From an uncultured Gemmatimonadales bacterium (GTDB taxonomy: Bacteria > Gemmatimonadota > Gemmatimonadetes > Longimicrobiales > RSA9), in NCBI GenBank assembly GCA_963708135.1, contig OY970192.1, forward strand, positions 5,381,953 through 5,445,952: a stretch of DNA of 64,000 bases, read 5' to 3'. A program made the translations under genes and the position numbers. This document shows, piece by piece, positions 31,699 to 41,760 of this stretch. Position 1 is the stretch's first letter; every line of letters starts with the position of its first letter. Below the pieces are notes generated by a model, which was not told where the DNA came from, made no database searches, and saw nothing but the letters and a program-made list of their open reading frames with translations.

Positions 31699-32316
31699 GT
31701 GACCAGCCTTCTCGCCGCCGCGCTCCTTGCCGGCCTCGTGGGCAGCCCGCACTGCATCGGCATGTGCGGCGGCTTCGCCGCGGCGTGCGGCCGCCCCGGC
31801 GGCGGCCTGGCCCTCTGGCACGCGGGGCGGCTGACCACCTACGCCGCGCTGGGGGCGCTGGCGGGCGCCCTCGGCGGCGCGCTGCCCGGCCCCGCTTGGG
31901 TGCCCGCGCTGGTCTCGCTGCCGCTGCTGGTGTGGTTCGCCGCCTCACTCGCCGGGCTGGCGCCCGGCGCCGCCATCCGTATCCCCGTCCTCGCGCGCGT
32001 GGGTGCGAGCTTGGCCGGACGGCGCGCCCCCGGCTCGCGCTACCTCTTCGGCATGGCGACGGGCCTGCTGCCGTGCGGCCTCGTCTACACCGCGCTGGCG
32101 ATGCCCGTGGCCGCCGCCAGCGCCGGCACCGGCGCGCTTGCAATGGTCGCGTTCGGCGCGGGCACGGTCCCGGCGCTCACGCTGCTCTCGGCGGGCGTGC
32201 GGCGGTTCGCCGCGAAGGGCGTGTGGCAGCGCCGCCTGCTGGCGGGGCTGGTGTTGCTCGCGGGGCTGTGGTCGATCGGGATGAGGATGGCCATGCGGGG
32301 GCACATCGGCATGTAG
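31699..32316 (+). CDS. DsbD_2 / TauE-SafE family membrane protein (cbb3 biogenesis-associated)
   Basis: SPHCIGMCGG, GRLTTY, GLLPCGLVY, FGAGTVP; divergent from ccoN. Confidence 0.88.
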   Translation: MTSLLAAALLAGLVGSPHCIGMCGGFAAACGRPGGGLALWHAGRLTTYAALGALAGALGGALPGPAWVPALVSLPLLVWFAASLAGLAPGAAIRIPVLARVGASLAGRRAPGSRYLFGMATGLLPCGLVYTALAMPVAAASAGTGALAMVAFGAGTVPALTLLSAGVRRFAAKGVWQRRLLAGLVLLAGLWSIGMRMAMRGHIGM

Positions 32317-32421
32317 AGTATCCTGCTTCACAGCCGCTCGATTATCTCGTGCTGCAGGATCGTCCACGGCCGGCTGTGCCGGGCGTGAGGGTTTTCCGGG
32401 CAGCCCGAAGTCTCAAACCCA

Positions 32422-32472
32422 GCGAACCCTCGGCCGCCGCGAGCATCACCCACTCTCCCCCTCTCCCACTCT
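32422..32472 (+). repeat. Dispersed ~50-bp repeat, copy 1 (intergenic)
   Basis: GCGAACCC..CGCCGCGAGCATCACCCACTCTCCCCCTCTCCCACTCT; closely similar copies at 43524-43575 (-) and 45007-45059 (+). Confidence 0.8.
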
Positions 32473-32500
32473 GGAAGGGAGGGGTGGCGGGAGGGAGCCC

Positions 32501-34144
32501 CTACTTCACTCCCGCGTAGCGCGGCTTGTGGAACAGGAAGCCCTGGGTGAGGTGGACGCCGAGCTCCTTGACGGTCTCGAACTCCTCGCGGCGCTCGACG
32601 CCCTCGGCGATGACCTGGGCGCCCTGGCCCTCGGCGAAGCTGACCATGGTCTCGACGAGGTTCTGCTTGAGGAAATTGGTGTCGATGTTCGAGATCAGGC
32701 TGATGTCGAGCTTGATGTAGTCGGGCGCCAGGTTGGCGATCGAGCCGAGGCCGGCGTAGCCACTGCCGGCGTCGTCCACGGCGAAGCGGAACCCGCGTTT
32801 GCGGAAGGCGGCCAGGTACTCCTGGAATCGCGGGTAGTCCTTGATGGCCGTGCGCTCGGTGATCTCGAGGACGACGCGGCTCGGGTCGTCGATGCCGAGG
32901 TCCGCGGGATCCATGTCGCGAAACGTGGGATCGTCGAAGTCGTGCGGGTCCACGTTCATGAACAGGTACTGCCCCTGCTTGAGCTCGTTCATGATGCCCG
33001 CGACGGCGCGCTTGCGGAGCAGGTGGCCGAGCTCCCAGATCAGGTTGGCCTCCTCGGCCACCTCGAAGAGCACCTCGGGCGAGCGCAGCTCGCGCCGTAT
33101 GCCGCGCGCGAGCGCCTCGTAGCCGTAGACGGCCTCCGTCGCGGTGACGATGATCGGGTGGTACTCGATGAACACGGCGCCGTCGCGCAGCGTGGCCTTG
33201 AGGTCGGCGACCTTGCGCGAGCGCTCCCATTCCTGTGCGCCGCGCGCCGCCTGCGCCGCCTCGCGCAGCGAGCGGTAGATGAGGCGCTCGGTGCGGATCT
33301 TCGGGTTCCGGAACACCGTCCCGGCGCCCACGTAGATGCCGCACAGCGCGGCGATGTCCTCGCCGTGGGTGTCCTCGACGTTCGAGCGCAGGAAGTCCTC
33401 GAGGCTCTGAGACAGCGCCTTCAGGCGCGCCTCCGCCGCTTCGGCCGGGCCCGGCAGCTGGGTGAACAGGATGAAGTCGTCGTCGGCGATGTGGGAGACC
33501 ATGACCAGGTTCTCGCCCACCCGGTGCTGGCGCGAGTAGAACTCCTTCACGGCGACGGCGGTGGTCTCCAGCACGTCGTCCAGCTTCTGCCAGCCGTAGA
33601 TCTCCTCGACCTTCTCGTACCACACGAAGTGGATGTAGAGCACCGTCAGCTCGCCACGCTGCTCGAGCAGCTCGCGCGCCCGGTCGATCATGACCGGCAG
33701 CGTGGGCAGCCCGGTCAGCTTGTCGTAGAGCAGCTCCTCGTAACGCAGCAGCTCGGCCCGCTCACCGGAGCCCGCGGCGTCCGCCACGCCGGCCGCGGTG
33801 CAGCGCTGGCGGGCGGCGGCCAGCCGGGCCGCCAGCTCCTCCGGCCGCACGGGCAGGAGCACCCAGTCCTCCGCGCCGACCCGCGCCGCCTCCTCGCCTT
33901 CCTCGGCGGTTCTGCAGGCGACGAGGAGCGCCGAGCCAGCGCGGTGCGTCGCCTCGCGCAGAGCGGCAAGCGTCCCATCCGCGCTGCCGTCCACGAGGAC
34001 GACGTCGGCGTGCGCGCGCAGCAGCACATCGCCGCCATTCAGCAGCGCGCCCGGCGGCTCCACCAGCTCGGCACCGAGCGCGTCCGTCGAGCGCTCGAGC
34101 GCGGCGCGCAGCTCGGCGTCGCTCACCCGGGCGAGGATCTTCAC
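32501..34144 (-). CDS. c-di-GMP phosphodiesterase: degenerate receiver, degenerate GGDEF and EAL domains
   Basis: YDKLTGLP then IADDDF in place of GGDEF; GYEALAR, EITE, DDAGSG, IKLD, AEGVE, QGFLF. Confidence 0.9.
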   Translation of the reverse strand: MKILARVSDAELRAALERSTDALGAELVEPPGALLNGGDVLLRAHADVVLVDGSADGTLAALREATHRAGSALLVACRTAEEGEEAARVGAEDWVLLPVRPEELAARLAAARQRCTAAGVADAAGSGERAELLRYEELLYDKLTGLPTLPVMIDRARELLEQRGELTVLYIHFVWYEKVEEIYGWQKLDDVLETTAVAVKEFYSRQHRVGENLVMVSHIADDDFILFTQLPGPAEAAEARLKALSQSLEDFLRSNVEDTHGEDIAALCGIYVGAGTVFRNPKIRTERLIYRSLREAAQAARGAQEWERSRKVADLKATLRDGAVFIEYHPIIVTATEAVYGYEALARGIRRELRSPEVLFEVAEEANLIWELGHLLRKRAVAGIMNELKQGQYLFMNVDPHDFDDPTFRDMDPADLGIDDPSRVVLEITERTAIKDYPRFQEYLAAFRKRGFRFAVDDAGSGYAGLGSIANLAPDYIKLDISLISNIDTNFLKQNLVETMVSFAEGQGAQVIAEGVERREEFETVKELGVHLTQGFLFHKPRYAGVK

Positions 34145-34527
34145 GCCGAGCGCTCCATCGCCTCTACGTTGCGGGCGACATGGTCGCCGAGCTCCTCCAG
34201 CCGGATCGGCTTCACGATGTAGTCGTCGGCCCCGGAGCGGAGCCCCTGCTGCTTGTCCGCGAAGTCGCTGCGCGCGGTCAGCATGATCACGCGCGTGCGG
34301 CCGAAGTCGGGATGGTTCTTGATCACGCGCGCCACCTCCCAGCCGTCCATCCCCGGCATCATCACGTCAAGCAGGATGATGCCGGGCCGCACATCCTCGA
34401 GCATCGAGAGCGCCTGCTTGCCATCCGCGGCCGTGGAAACGGCGTAGCCGCGGGACTCGAGGTACGTTCGCACGATGTCGAGGGAATTGGGGTCGTCATC
34501 CACGACCAGAATCGGGGTTTCGCTCAT
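34141..34527 (-). CDS. Single-domain response regulator
   Basis: ILVVDDD, LLDVMMP, MLTAR, YIVKP; GTGA overlap with the EAL gene. Confidence 0.93.
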   Translation of the reverse strand: MSETPILVVDDDPNSLDIVRTYLESRGYAVSTAADGKQALSMLEDVRPGIILLDVMMPGMDGWEVARVIKNHPDFGRTRVIMLTARSDFADKQQGLRSGADDYIVKPIRLEELGDHVARNVEAMERSA

Positions 34528-34767
34528 ATCGGTCCTTCCACGGCCGCTGCCTTCGAGCCCCCGCCGCCCCCACTCGCCGCGGCGCGAACTCGTTTCAGGA
34601 CTTCCATTTCGGACGATAGGAGGGGCAAGAAGCGGGCCGGGCCCGCCCGCGCTACCCGCGGCCCGCGACGGAGCATCCTGCGGCTATCGAGAAGCATGGG
34701 GCCCTCCGGGGACAGGGGGAGGCATCGATGATCGCACGTGCCCGGCCGCGGCGCCAGCATCGCGCCT

Positions 34768-36789
34768 CTAGGCCGGCAGCGAGGAGGCGAACTGGAGCTC
34801 GTAGAGGCGAGCGTAGAGGCCGCCCTGCTCCAGCAGCTCGTGGTGTGTGCCCTGCTCGCGCAGCACACCGTGGTGGAGCACGAGGATGCGGTCGGCGTTC
34901 TGAATCGTGGAGAGGCGGTGCGCGATGACGAGCGACGTGCGCCCCACCATGAGCTCCTCCAGTGCCTCCTCGATCTGCGCCTCGAGCGCGGAGTCGACGG
35001 AGCTCGTCGCCTCGTCGAGCACCAGCACGAGCGGGTCGAAGGCCAGCGCCCGCGCGAAGGAGAGGAGCTGCCGCTCGCCCACGGAGAGGGTGGCGCCGCG
35101 CTCGCCGAGCGGCTCGGCGTAGCCGCGCGGCAGGCGCCCGATCAGCCGGTCCGCGCCGACCCGCCGGGCGGCCGCCTCGACGCGCGCGTCCGGGATGTCG
35201 TCGCGGCCCAGACGGATGTTGTAGGCGACGTCGCGGCTGAAGATGAAGACGTCCTGGAGCACGAGCCCGATCCTCGCCCGCAGCTCGTCCTCCGGCACCT
35301 CCGAGATCGGCACGCCATCGAAGAGGATCTCGCCCCGCTGCGGCGCGTAGAAGCGCATGAGCAGCCCGATGAGCGTGGTCTTCCCCGCGCCCGTGTGGCC
35401 GACGACCGCTACGCGCTCCCCGGGCCGGACGCGGAAGCTCACGTCGCGGAGCACCCAGTCCCAGCTTTCCCCGGCGTCGCCCTTCCCGTTCCCGGCCCCG
35501 GAGTGGGGGAGTGGGGGAGCGGGGGATGCGGCGGGCTGCGCGGCGCCCCTCCGGTCTCCGGGCGCGGCGCCGGGGCCGGCGCCGATCATGCTTGCGCCTG
35601 CCGCCTCCGCGGGGGTCGTGCCGACCCCACCCTCGCCGGCGGGGGCCTTCCCGGCGCCGAACACGTTCCCATCTGCCGCGTCCGTGTCGGGGCGGCGCTG
35701 GTAGGCGAACCAGACGTTCCTGAACTCGATCTCGCCGCGGCCGGGGGTGGGGAGGCGGCGGGAGGCGACGGGGCGGGCCTGGTCGGGGTCGGTGTCGAGC
35801 AGCTTGAAGATGCGCTCGGACGCGGCCATGGCGCCCTGCAGCATGTTGTACTTCTCGGACAGGTCCTGGATCGGGCGGAAGAAGCGGCGCGCGTACTGGA
35901 GGAACGCGGCGACGACGCCCACGGTGAGCGAGCCGGCCATGATCTCGCTGCCGCCGTAGCCGATGATGAGCGCCAGCGAGATCGCGGTGAGCACCTCGAT
36001 CACGGGGAAGAAGAGCGCGTAATAGGTGACGGAGCGCAGGTGGGCGGCCAGGTAGTCGTCGCCTATGGCGCGGAAGCGGCGGTCGGTCTCGTCCTCGCGG
36101 CCGAAGAGCTGGATCACGCGCACGCCCGTGATCCGCTCCTGCAGGTAGGCGTTGATGCGGGCGAGCCGGACGCGGATGTCGCGGTAAGCCTCGCGGATCC
36201 GGCTGCGGAAGACCAGCGCGGCCACGAACACGAGCGGCATCACCGTCATGGTGACGAGCGCGAGCCGCCAGTCCATGAGCAGCATGGCGCCGATGATGAA
36301 GACGAGCGTGAACACGTCGCCGAACACGGTGACGACGCCGGAGCTGAACAGGTCGTTCAGCACCTCGACGTCGCTGGTCACGCGGGTCATCAGGCGGCCG
36401 ACGGGGTTCCTGTCGAAGAACGGCAGGCCGAGGCGCTGAAGGTGGCCGAAGATCTCGCGCCGCAGGTCGTACATCACGCGCTGTCCGAGCCAGGTGGTGA
36501 GCACGACCTGCCCGTACTCGAAGCCGAAGGAGAGGACGAGCGAGACGACGTAGGCCAGGGCGAGGGTGCCGAGGAGGCCGGTGTCGCGGTGCGGGATGGC
36601 GCGGTCGATGGCGAGCTTGGTCAGCCACGGACCCACCAGCTCGACGAGCGAGCCGAGCAGGAGCAGCGCGATGGCGAAGACCACCCGGGCGCGATACGGC
36701 CGCAGGTAGGCGAGCAGCCGCCGCATCAGCCGCGCGTCGTACGCCTTCCCGAGGGCCTCCTCCTCGACGTGGACCGACGGGGTGCTCAC
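34768..36789 (-). CDS. ABC exporter, fused permease/ATPase (MdlB-like)
   Basis: TMD with FFDRNPVGRLMTR; Walker A GHTGAGKT, LSVGERQ, LDEATSSVD; GTG start. Confidence 0.92.
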   Translation of the reverse strand: MSTPSVHVEEEALGKAYDARLMRRLLAYLRPYRARVVFAIALLLLGSLVELVGPWLTKLAIDRAIPHRDTGLLGTLALAYVVSLVLSFGFEYGQVVLTTWLGQRVMYDLRREIFGHLQRLGLPFFDRNPVGRLMTRVTSDVEVLNDLFSSGVVTVFGDVFTLVFIIGAMLLMDWRLALVTMTVMPLVFVAALVFRSRIREAYRDIRVRLARINAYLQERITGVRVIQLFGREDETDRRFRAIGDDYLAAHLRSVTYYALFFPVIEVLTAISLALIIGYGGSEIMAGSLTVGVVAAFLQYARRFFRPIQDLSEKYNMLQGAMAASERIFKLLDTDPDQARPVASRRLPTPGRGEIEFRNVWFAYQRRPDTDAADGNVFGAGKAPAGEGGVGTTPAEAAGASMIGAGPGAAPGDRRGAAQPAASPAPPLPHSGAGNGKGDAGESWDWVLRDVSFRVRPGERVAVVGHTGAGKTTLIGLLMRFYAPQRGEILFDGVPISEVPEDELRARIGLVLQDVFIFSRDVAYNIRLGRDDIPDARVEAAARRVGADRLIGRLPRGYAEPLGERGATLSVGERQLLSFARALAFDPLVLVLDEATSSVDSALEAQIEEALEELMVGRTSLVIAHRLSTIQNADRILVLHHGVLREQGTHHELLEQGGLYARLYELQFASSLPA
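35500..35534 (-). repeat. Dispersed repeat, partial copy inside the ABC gene insertion
   Basis: GCATCCCCCGCTCCCCCACTCCCCCACTCC matches the core of the 43524-43575 copy at 26/30 nt. Confidence 0.6.
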
Positions 36790-37511
36790 CGCAGCCGCCG
36801 CCGCTCCCGCTTCCGCAGGCGACGCTCCTCGCGCCGGCGACGGCGCGCGTCCGACTCCGTCTCCCCGGGATAGCGCACCTTCACATCGACTCCGCCCATG
36901 AAGGCCAGCCCGTTGATCTTCAGGACCGGCGCATCCGGGGCCGCGTGCATCTCCTCCTCGCCCACGTGCGAGAAGCCGCCTATCAGCGGGATGCCGCCCG
37001 CCTCGACGTGGATGTCCGGCGGCACCACGATCTCGACACCGCCCATGATCGCCACGACCATGACCTCCGTCGTGCCGCGCGCGAGCCGCGCCTCCCGGAA
37101 GTCCAGCTCGACCCCGCCCATCACCGCGAGCACCGTGTTCTGCTGCGCCGGCTCCCAGGAGCCGCCCCGCTTCGTGCCGCCCAGCACCGCCACCAGCAGC
37201 TTGCGCGGGTCCGGCAGCCGGTCCAGCCAGCGCCGCGGCGCGCTCCCGGGACGCGCCAGCGGAGCGCGTTCGCCGCCCGGCCGGGCGGCGGCCGGGCGGG
37301 CGGCGGGTGCGCTCGCGCCGGCCAGCGCCGGCAGGTCGCGCGTCAGCCCGTTCAGCTCGTCCAGCGAGGTGGCCCGGTGCGCGACGTTGACGCGCCGCTC
37401 GAACTCCGCCAGCTCGAGGTCGTCGCGCGCGAAGTGCGCGCAGAGCGCGTCCACCGTGCGGTCGCGCTCCGCGCGCAGGGGCAGCTTTCCGCTGTCGGGA
37501 GTTTGCGTCAT
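36786..37511 (-). CDS. DUF1707 (SHOCT-like) plus LiaF/DUF2154-like domain protein
   Basis: ERDRTVDAL..EFERRV..A.RAT..DEL..LT.DLP; MGGVELDFREA, MGGVEIVVP. Confidence 0.8.
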   Translation of the reverse strand: MTQTPDSGKLPLRAERDRTVDALCAHFARDDLELAEFERRVNVAHRATSLDELNGLTRDLPALAGASAPAARPAAARPGGERAPLARPGSAPRRWLDRLPDPRKLLVAVLGGTKRGGSWEPAQQNTVLAVMGGVELDFREARLARGTTEVMVVAIMGGVEIVVPPDIHVEAGGIPLIGGFSHVGEEEMHAAPDAPVLKINGLAFMGGVDVKVRYPGETESDARRRRREERRLRKRERRRLR

Positions 37512-37592
37512 GCCTTCTTCCTCGGCCGGGCCGCGCCTGCGGCCCCGCCGCCAAAGTTCACCCCCGCCCCGGACGTGGGCAAGTCCGCTTCG

Positions 37593-37621
37593 TTGACCCC
37601 CGCCGCCCCGCCGGATATTGT
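37593..37621 (+). promoter_or_regulatory. Putative sigma70 promoter
   Basis: TTGACC-N17-TATTGT upstream of the GlsB/YeaQ-family gene. Confidence 0.5.
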
Positions 37622-37668
37622 TCGGTCCGGCTCCCCACCCCCTCCAATCACGAGGCGTGGTCCAGCGG

Positions 37669-37941
37669 ATGGGAATTCTGGCGTGGATCCTCTTCGGGCT
37701 CATCGCGGGCGGCATCGCGAAGCTCATCATGCCCGGCAAGGACCCCGGCGGCTGCCTGGTCACGTCGCTGATCGGGATCGTGGGCGCGCTCATCGGCGGG
37801 TTCCTCGGCACGACCGTCTTCCACTGGGGCCGGGTGGACGGCTTCGACGTCCGCTCGTTCCTGATCGCCATTGCGGGCAGCATCCTGCTCCTGCTCGTGT
37901 TCCGCCTCGTCGCCCGGAGACGGCCCCCGCCCGAAGGCTGA
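37669..37941 (+). CDS. GlsB/YeaQ/YmgE family (transglycosylase-associated) membrane protein
   Basis: MGILAWILFGLIAGGIAKLIMPG..GIVGALIGG. Confidence 0.9.
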   Translation: MGILAWILFGLIAGGIAKLIMPGKDPGGCLVTSLIGIVGALIGGFLGTTVFHWGRVDGFDVRSFLIAIAGSILLLLVFRLVARRRPPPEG

Positions 37942-37975
37942 CGGCGCGCCGCAGCCCGCGCGGCGCGCCGCGTCC

Positions 37976-38587
37976 CTATTCGCCGCGCCCGAACCGCTCC
38001 TCCAGCACCCCCAGCACGGCCTCCGGCTGGACATCCTCCGCCAGGCAGGCCACGAGCGCGTGGTACAGCAGGTCCGCCGCCTCCTCCGCCACCCGCGCCG
38101 GATCCCCCGCGGCGCAGCCCAGCGCCAGCTCGACCGCCTCCTCGCCCAGCTTCTTCAGGCGCAGGTTCGGGTCCGCGAGCAGCCGCGTCGTGTAGCTGCC
38201 CTCGGGCCGCTCGGCCACCCGCTCGCGCAGCCGCGCCGCCAGCGCCCCGAGCGTCGGCGGCGCGGAGAAGCAGCTCCACGCACCCGTGTGGCACGACGGC
38301 CCCGCCGGCTCGACGCGCGCGAGGACCGCGTCGGCATCGCAGTCGGCGTGCAGCGAGACCAGCCGCTGCGCGTTGCCGCTCGTCTCGCCCTTCCGCCACA
38401 GCCGGTCGCGGGCGCGCGAGAAATACCACATCGTGCCCTCCGCCAGCGTCCGCTCCAGCGCCTCCCGCGTGGCATACGCCAGCATCAGCACCTCGCCCGT
38501 GCGCGCGTGCTGCGCCACCACCGCCACCAGCCCGCCCCCCTTCGCGAAGTCCAGCGCCTCGAGCTGCTCCGCCCGTTCGATCCGCAC
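37976..38587 (-). CDS. hisIE: Bifunctional phosphoribosyl-AMP cyclohydrolase/phosphoribosyl-ATP pyrophosphatase
   Basis: LWRKGETSGN, DCDADA, CHTG..SCF, SYT, KKLGEEAVE, ADLLYH; GTG after GGAG. Confidence 0.95.
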   Translation of the reverse strand: MRIERAEQLEALDFAKGGGLVAVVAQHARTGEVLMLAYATREALERTLAEGTMWYFSRARDRLWRKGETSGNAQRLVSLHADCDADAVLARVEPAGPSCHTGAWSCFSAPPTLGALAARLRERVAERPEGSYTTRLLADPNLRLKKLGEEAVELALGCAAGDPARVAEEAADLLYHALVACLAEDVQPEAVLGVLEERFGRGE

Positions 38588-38637
38588 GATGTCTCCAGGT
38601 TGTCCGTACACGTGGCCGCAGGCCGCAGCCCGTCCGT

Positions 38638-39444
38638 TCAGCCGTCCCCGGTCCCGTCCCCGTTCGCCCGCCCGAGCACGCTGCCGATTTCCCGCGCCAG
38701 CGCCGCATTGGTCGAGATCCCGCTCCCGCCCGTGTGCGTCGCCGCGCCCGTCCGGTCCATGAACACGCCGCCGGCCTCCTCGACGATCGGACGCAGCGCG
38801 GCCGCGTCCCAGGAGGCGAGCACCGGGTCGAGCATGGCCTCGGCGCGGCCGGTGGCGACGAGCGCGTGGCCGTAGCAGTCACCCCAGGTGCGGGCGGTGG
38901 CCGCGCGGCCGGCCAGGCGGCGCCAGGCGCCCGCCCAGGCCTCGTCGCCTGGATCCAGTCGTGCGTCCGTGGTCAGCACCAGCGCGTCCTCCAGGCGGTC
39001 CACCGAGGAGACCAGCGCGCGCCGCCCGTCCCAGAAGCAGCCGACGCCGCGCGCCGCGTACACGCTCTCGCCGAGGGCGGGGAAGTGGATCACGCCCAGC
39101 ACCGCATCGCCGTCCTCCTCGAGGGCGAGGAGCACGCCGTAGAGCGGGACGCCGCGCACGAAGGAGCGGGTGCCGTCGATCGGGTCCACGATCCAGCGGA
39201 GCGACGCCTCGGGCCGGGTCTCGCCGAGCTCCTCGCCCAGGATGCCGTGGCGCGGATAGCGCGCCTCGATCAGCGCCCGGGCCGTGCGCTCGGCCTCGCG
39301 GTCCGCCACGGTCACGGGGGAGAGGTCGGGCTTGGTCTCCGCGGCGATGCCGGTCTGGAAATGGGCGAGCGTGACGCGGCCCGTGCGCCAGGCCGCGTCG
39401 ACCGCGAACTCCAGCAGCGTGTCCAGCGAGTCGCGCCGCGTCAC
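38638..39444 (-). CDS. hisN: Histidinol-phosphatase, inositol monophosphatase family
   Basis: [28 protein letters not shown]; located within the his operon. Confidence 0.9.
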   Translation of the reverse strand: MTRRDSLDTLLEFAVDAAWRTGRVTLAHFQTGIAAETKPDLSPVTVADREAERTARALIEARYPRHGILGEELGETRPEASLRWIVDPIDGTRSFVRGVPLYGVLLALEEDGDAVLGVIHFPALGESVYAARGVGCFWDGRRALVSSVDRLEDALVLTTDARLDPGDEAWAGAWRRLAGRAATARTWGDCYGHALVATGRAEAMLDPVLASWDAAALRPIVEEAGGVFMDRTGAATHTGGSGISTNAALAREIGSVLGRANGDGTGDG

Positions 39445-40328
39445 GTGGCCGTTCCGGGCATCGCCTCGATGGGGCTGGCGCCGGGCGGCTCCAGGCGCAC
39501 CGGTAGGCCCGCGGCCGCGAGCGCCTGCTTCACCCGCGCGATGGTGGTGGTGCCGTCGTGGAAGATGCCGGCCGCCAGCACCGCGTCGACTCCGGCGAGC
39601 AGGAATGCATCCACCATGTGCTGCGCGTCGCCAGCGCCGCCGCTGGCGATGACCGGGACGCGCACCGCCTCGACGATCCGGCCCGTCAGCTCGAGGTCGT
39701 AGCCGCCGCGCTGCCCGTCCTGGTCGATGCTCGTGACCAGGATCTCGCCCGCGCCGAGCGAGGCGCACTGCGTCGCCCACGCCGTGGCCTCGAGGTCGGT
39801 GCCCGACTGACCGCCGTGGGTGAAGACGCGGAACCACGGCCGGCCGAGGTCCGGCGGCTGACCGGCCTGCGGCGGCGCCGGCGCAGGCTGCGCTTCCGGC
39901 CGCATCGCCACCTCGACCACCCGCCGCTCGATGCGCGCGTCGATGCTCGCCACCACGCACTGCGAGCCGAAGCGCTGCGCCGCCATGGCCAGCAGCTCCG
40001 GCTTCCGCACCGCCGCCGTGTTGACGCTCACCTTGTCCGCGCCCGCGCGCAACGCACGCTCAATGTCGTCCAGCTCCGAGATCCCGCCGCCCACGGTCAG
40101 CGGCACGAAGAGCCGCTCCGCCGTGCGGCGCACCACGTCCAGGAGCGTGCTCCGCCCCTCCTGCGACGCCGAGATGTCCAGGAACACGATCTCGTCCGCG
40201 CCCTCCCGCTGGTAGTGGGCGGCCAGCTCCACCGGGTCGCCAATCTCGCGCAGCCCCTCGAAGCTGATCCCTTTCACCACCCGCCCGTCGCGCACGTCCA
40301 AGCAGACGATCACGCGCTTGCGGAGCAT
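39441..40328 (-). CDS. hisF: Imidazole glycerol phosphate synthase cyclase subunit
   Basis: [39 protein letters not shown]. Confidence 0.97.
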   Translation of the reverse strand: MLRKRVIVCLDVRDGRVVKGISFEGLREIGDPVELAAHYQREGADEIVFLDISASQEGRSTLLDVVRRTAERLFVPLTVGGGISELDDIERALRAGADKVSVNTAAVRKPELLAMAAQRFGSQCVVASIDARIERRVVEVAMRPEAQPAPAPPQAGQPPDLGRPWFRVFTHGGQSGTDLEATAWATQCASLGAGEILVTSIDQDGQRGGYDLELTGRIVEAVRVPVIASGGAGDAQHMVDAFLLAGVDAVLAAGIFHDGTTTIARVKQALAAAGLPVRLEPPGASPIEAMPGTAT

Positions 40329-40330
40329 GC

Positions 40331-40873
40331 TCAGTCCTCCTTCCTCTCGATTCGTACCGTCCCCTTCGTGCTGAAGACGACGTCGCCCGGCGCCAGCGCC
40401 TCCGAGAGCGCGAGCCCCAGCGCCTTCACCGCCGCCTCCACCACGTGGTGGCGGTCCCGTCCACGAATCACCCGCGCGTGCAAGGTCAGCGCCGCGTTGT
40501 CCGCCAGCGAGCGCAGGAAGTGGTCGTACAGCCCGCTCGGCAGCGGCCCCTCGTAGTACGGCCGCCCCCCGGCGTCGAGCGCCACCTGGACCAGTGCGTC
40601 GTCCATGACGACGGTGGCGGACCCGTAGCGCCGGCACGCCTCCGGCACCTCGTCCTGGAGCGCCAGCCCCAGGGTGATCGCCACGTCCTCGACCAGGTGG
40701 TGGCGCAGGTCGCCGCTGGCCTGCACGCGCAGCTCGAAGCCGCCATAGCGCGCCAGCGTCTCCAGCACGTGGCGGAGGAAGGCGTCGCCGCACTCGATCG
40801 CCGCGGCGCCGCCGCCCCGCGTCAGCGAGAGGTTGACCCGCGTCTCCCGCGTCTCCCGCACGATGCGGCTCAC
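40331..40873 (-). CDS. hisB: Imidazoleglycerol-phosphate dehydratase
   Basis: [34 protein letters not shown]. Confidence 0.93.
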   Translation of the reverse strand: MSRIVRETRETRVNLSLTRGGGAAAIECGDAFLRHVLETLARYGGFELRVQASGDLRHHLVEDVAITLGLALQDEVPEACRRYGSATVVMDDALVQVALDAGGRPYYEGPLPSGLYDHFLRSLADNAALTLHARVIRGRDRHHVVEAAVKALGLALSEALAPGDVVFSTKGTVRIERKED

Positions 40874-41027
40874 AGGATCTCCTTTCGTGTCGGCGCCTGC
40901 GGCGTCAGTCGGCGCGGCTGCGCTCCCGCGGCCACCCTCGCACCCCTCTCCCTCTACCTCCACCTGAACCTGCCCCTGCCTTCCGTTTCTGACCGTTCCC
41001 CCTGTCCCTGCACCTCAACCGATCCGC

Positions 41028-41753
41028 TCAGGAAGCGAATTCTCTTGCCACGTCCACGGCGTCCACGCCGCCCGCATACAGTGCCATCCCCAGAACCGCT
41101 CCCGCGACGCCGGCCCCGGCCAGCGCCCGCAGATCGCCGATGGCGGCGATCCCGCCCGCGGCGAGGAGCGGGTGCCGCGTCGCGCGGGCGAGGGCGCCGA
41201 AGCGGAGGGCGTCGATCCCGAGCATGCTGCCCTCGCGGCCGACATCGGTGACCAGCACGCCCGCCAGCGGCAGCGCGGTGAGTCGGGCGAGCAGCTTCCC
41301 GATGCCCACGCCCGCGCCGGCCGTCCAGCCGCGGATGACCACCTCGTCGGCCAGGGCGGCCCCGCGCACATCGGCGGCGAGGAGCACCCGCCCGGGATGA
41401 CGCGCCGCCAGGGCTTCCAGCCAGTCGGGCTCCTCGACGGCGCGCGTGCCCACGATCACGCGCGCGGCGCCGGCCTCCAGCAGGGCGGCGGCCGCCTCGT
41501 CGTCGCGGATGCCGCCGCCGACCTGCGCCTCCATCTCCCCGTACTGCAGGATCTCCTCGATGGCCGCCCGATTGGAGCCGGTTCCCAGCGCGGCATCCAG
41601 GTCCACCAGGTGAACCCTCTGAAACCCCGCACGCTTCCAGCGATGGGCGACGGCCAGCGGGTCCGGGAGGCTGACGCGCTCCGTCCCCGGCCGGCCGCCC
41701 ACGAGCTGGACCGCGCGCCCGCCGCGCAGGTCGATGGCCGGGTAGGCGATCAC
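41028..41753 (-). CDS. hisA: ProFAR isomerase
   Basis: PAIDLRGGRAVQL, HLVDLDAA, QVGGGIR, TDVGREG. Confidence 0.93.
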   Translation of the reverse strand: MIAYPAIDLRGGRAVQLVGGRPGTERVSLPDPLAVAHRWKRAGFQRVHLVDLDAALGTGSNRAAIEEILQYGEMEAQVGGGIRDDEAAAALLEAGAARVIVGTRAVEEPDWLEALAARHPGRVLLAADVRGAALADEVVIRGWTAGAGVGIGKLLARLTALPLAGVLVTDVGREGSMLGIDALRFGALARATRHPLLAAGGIAAIGDLRALAGAGVAGAVLGMALYAGGVDAVDVAREFAS

Positions 41754-41760
41754 GCCCGCC

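Noticed and set aside
34768..37554. 928-aa ABC ORF as a single protein
   Set aside because: The N-terminal part overlaps the DUF1707 gene in another frame; the real start is GTG 36789
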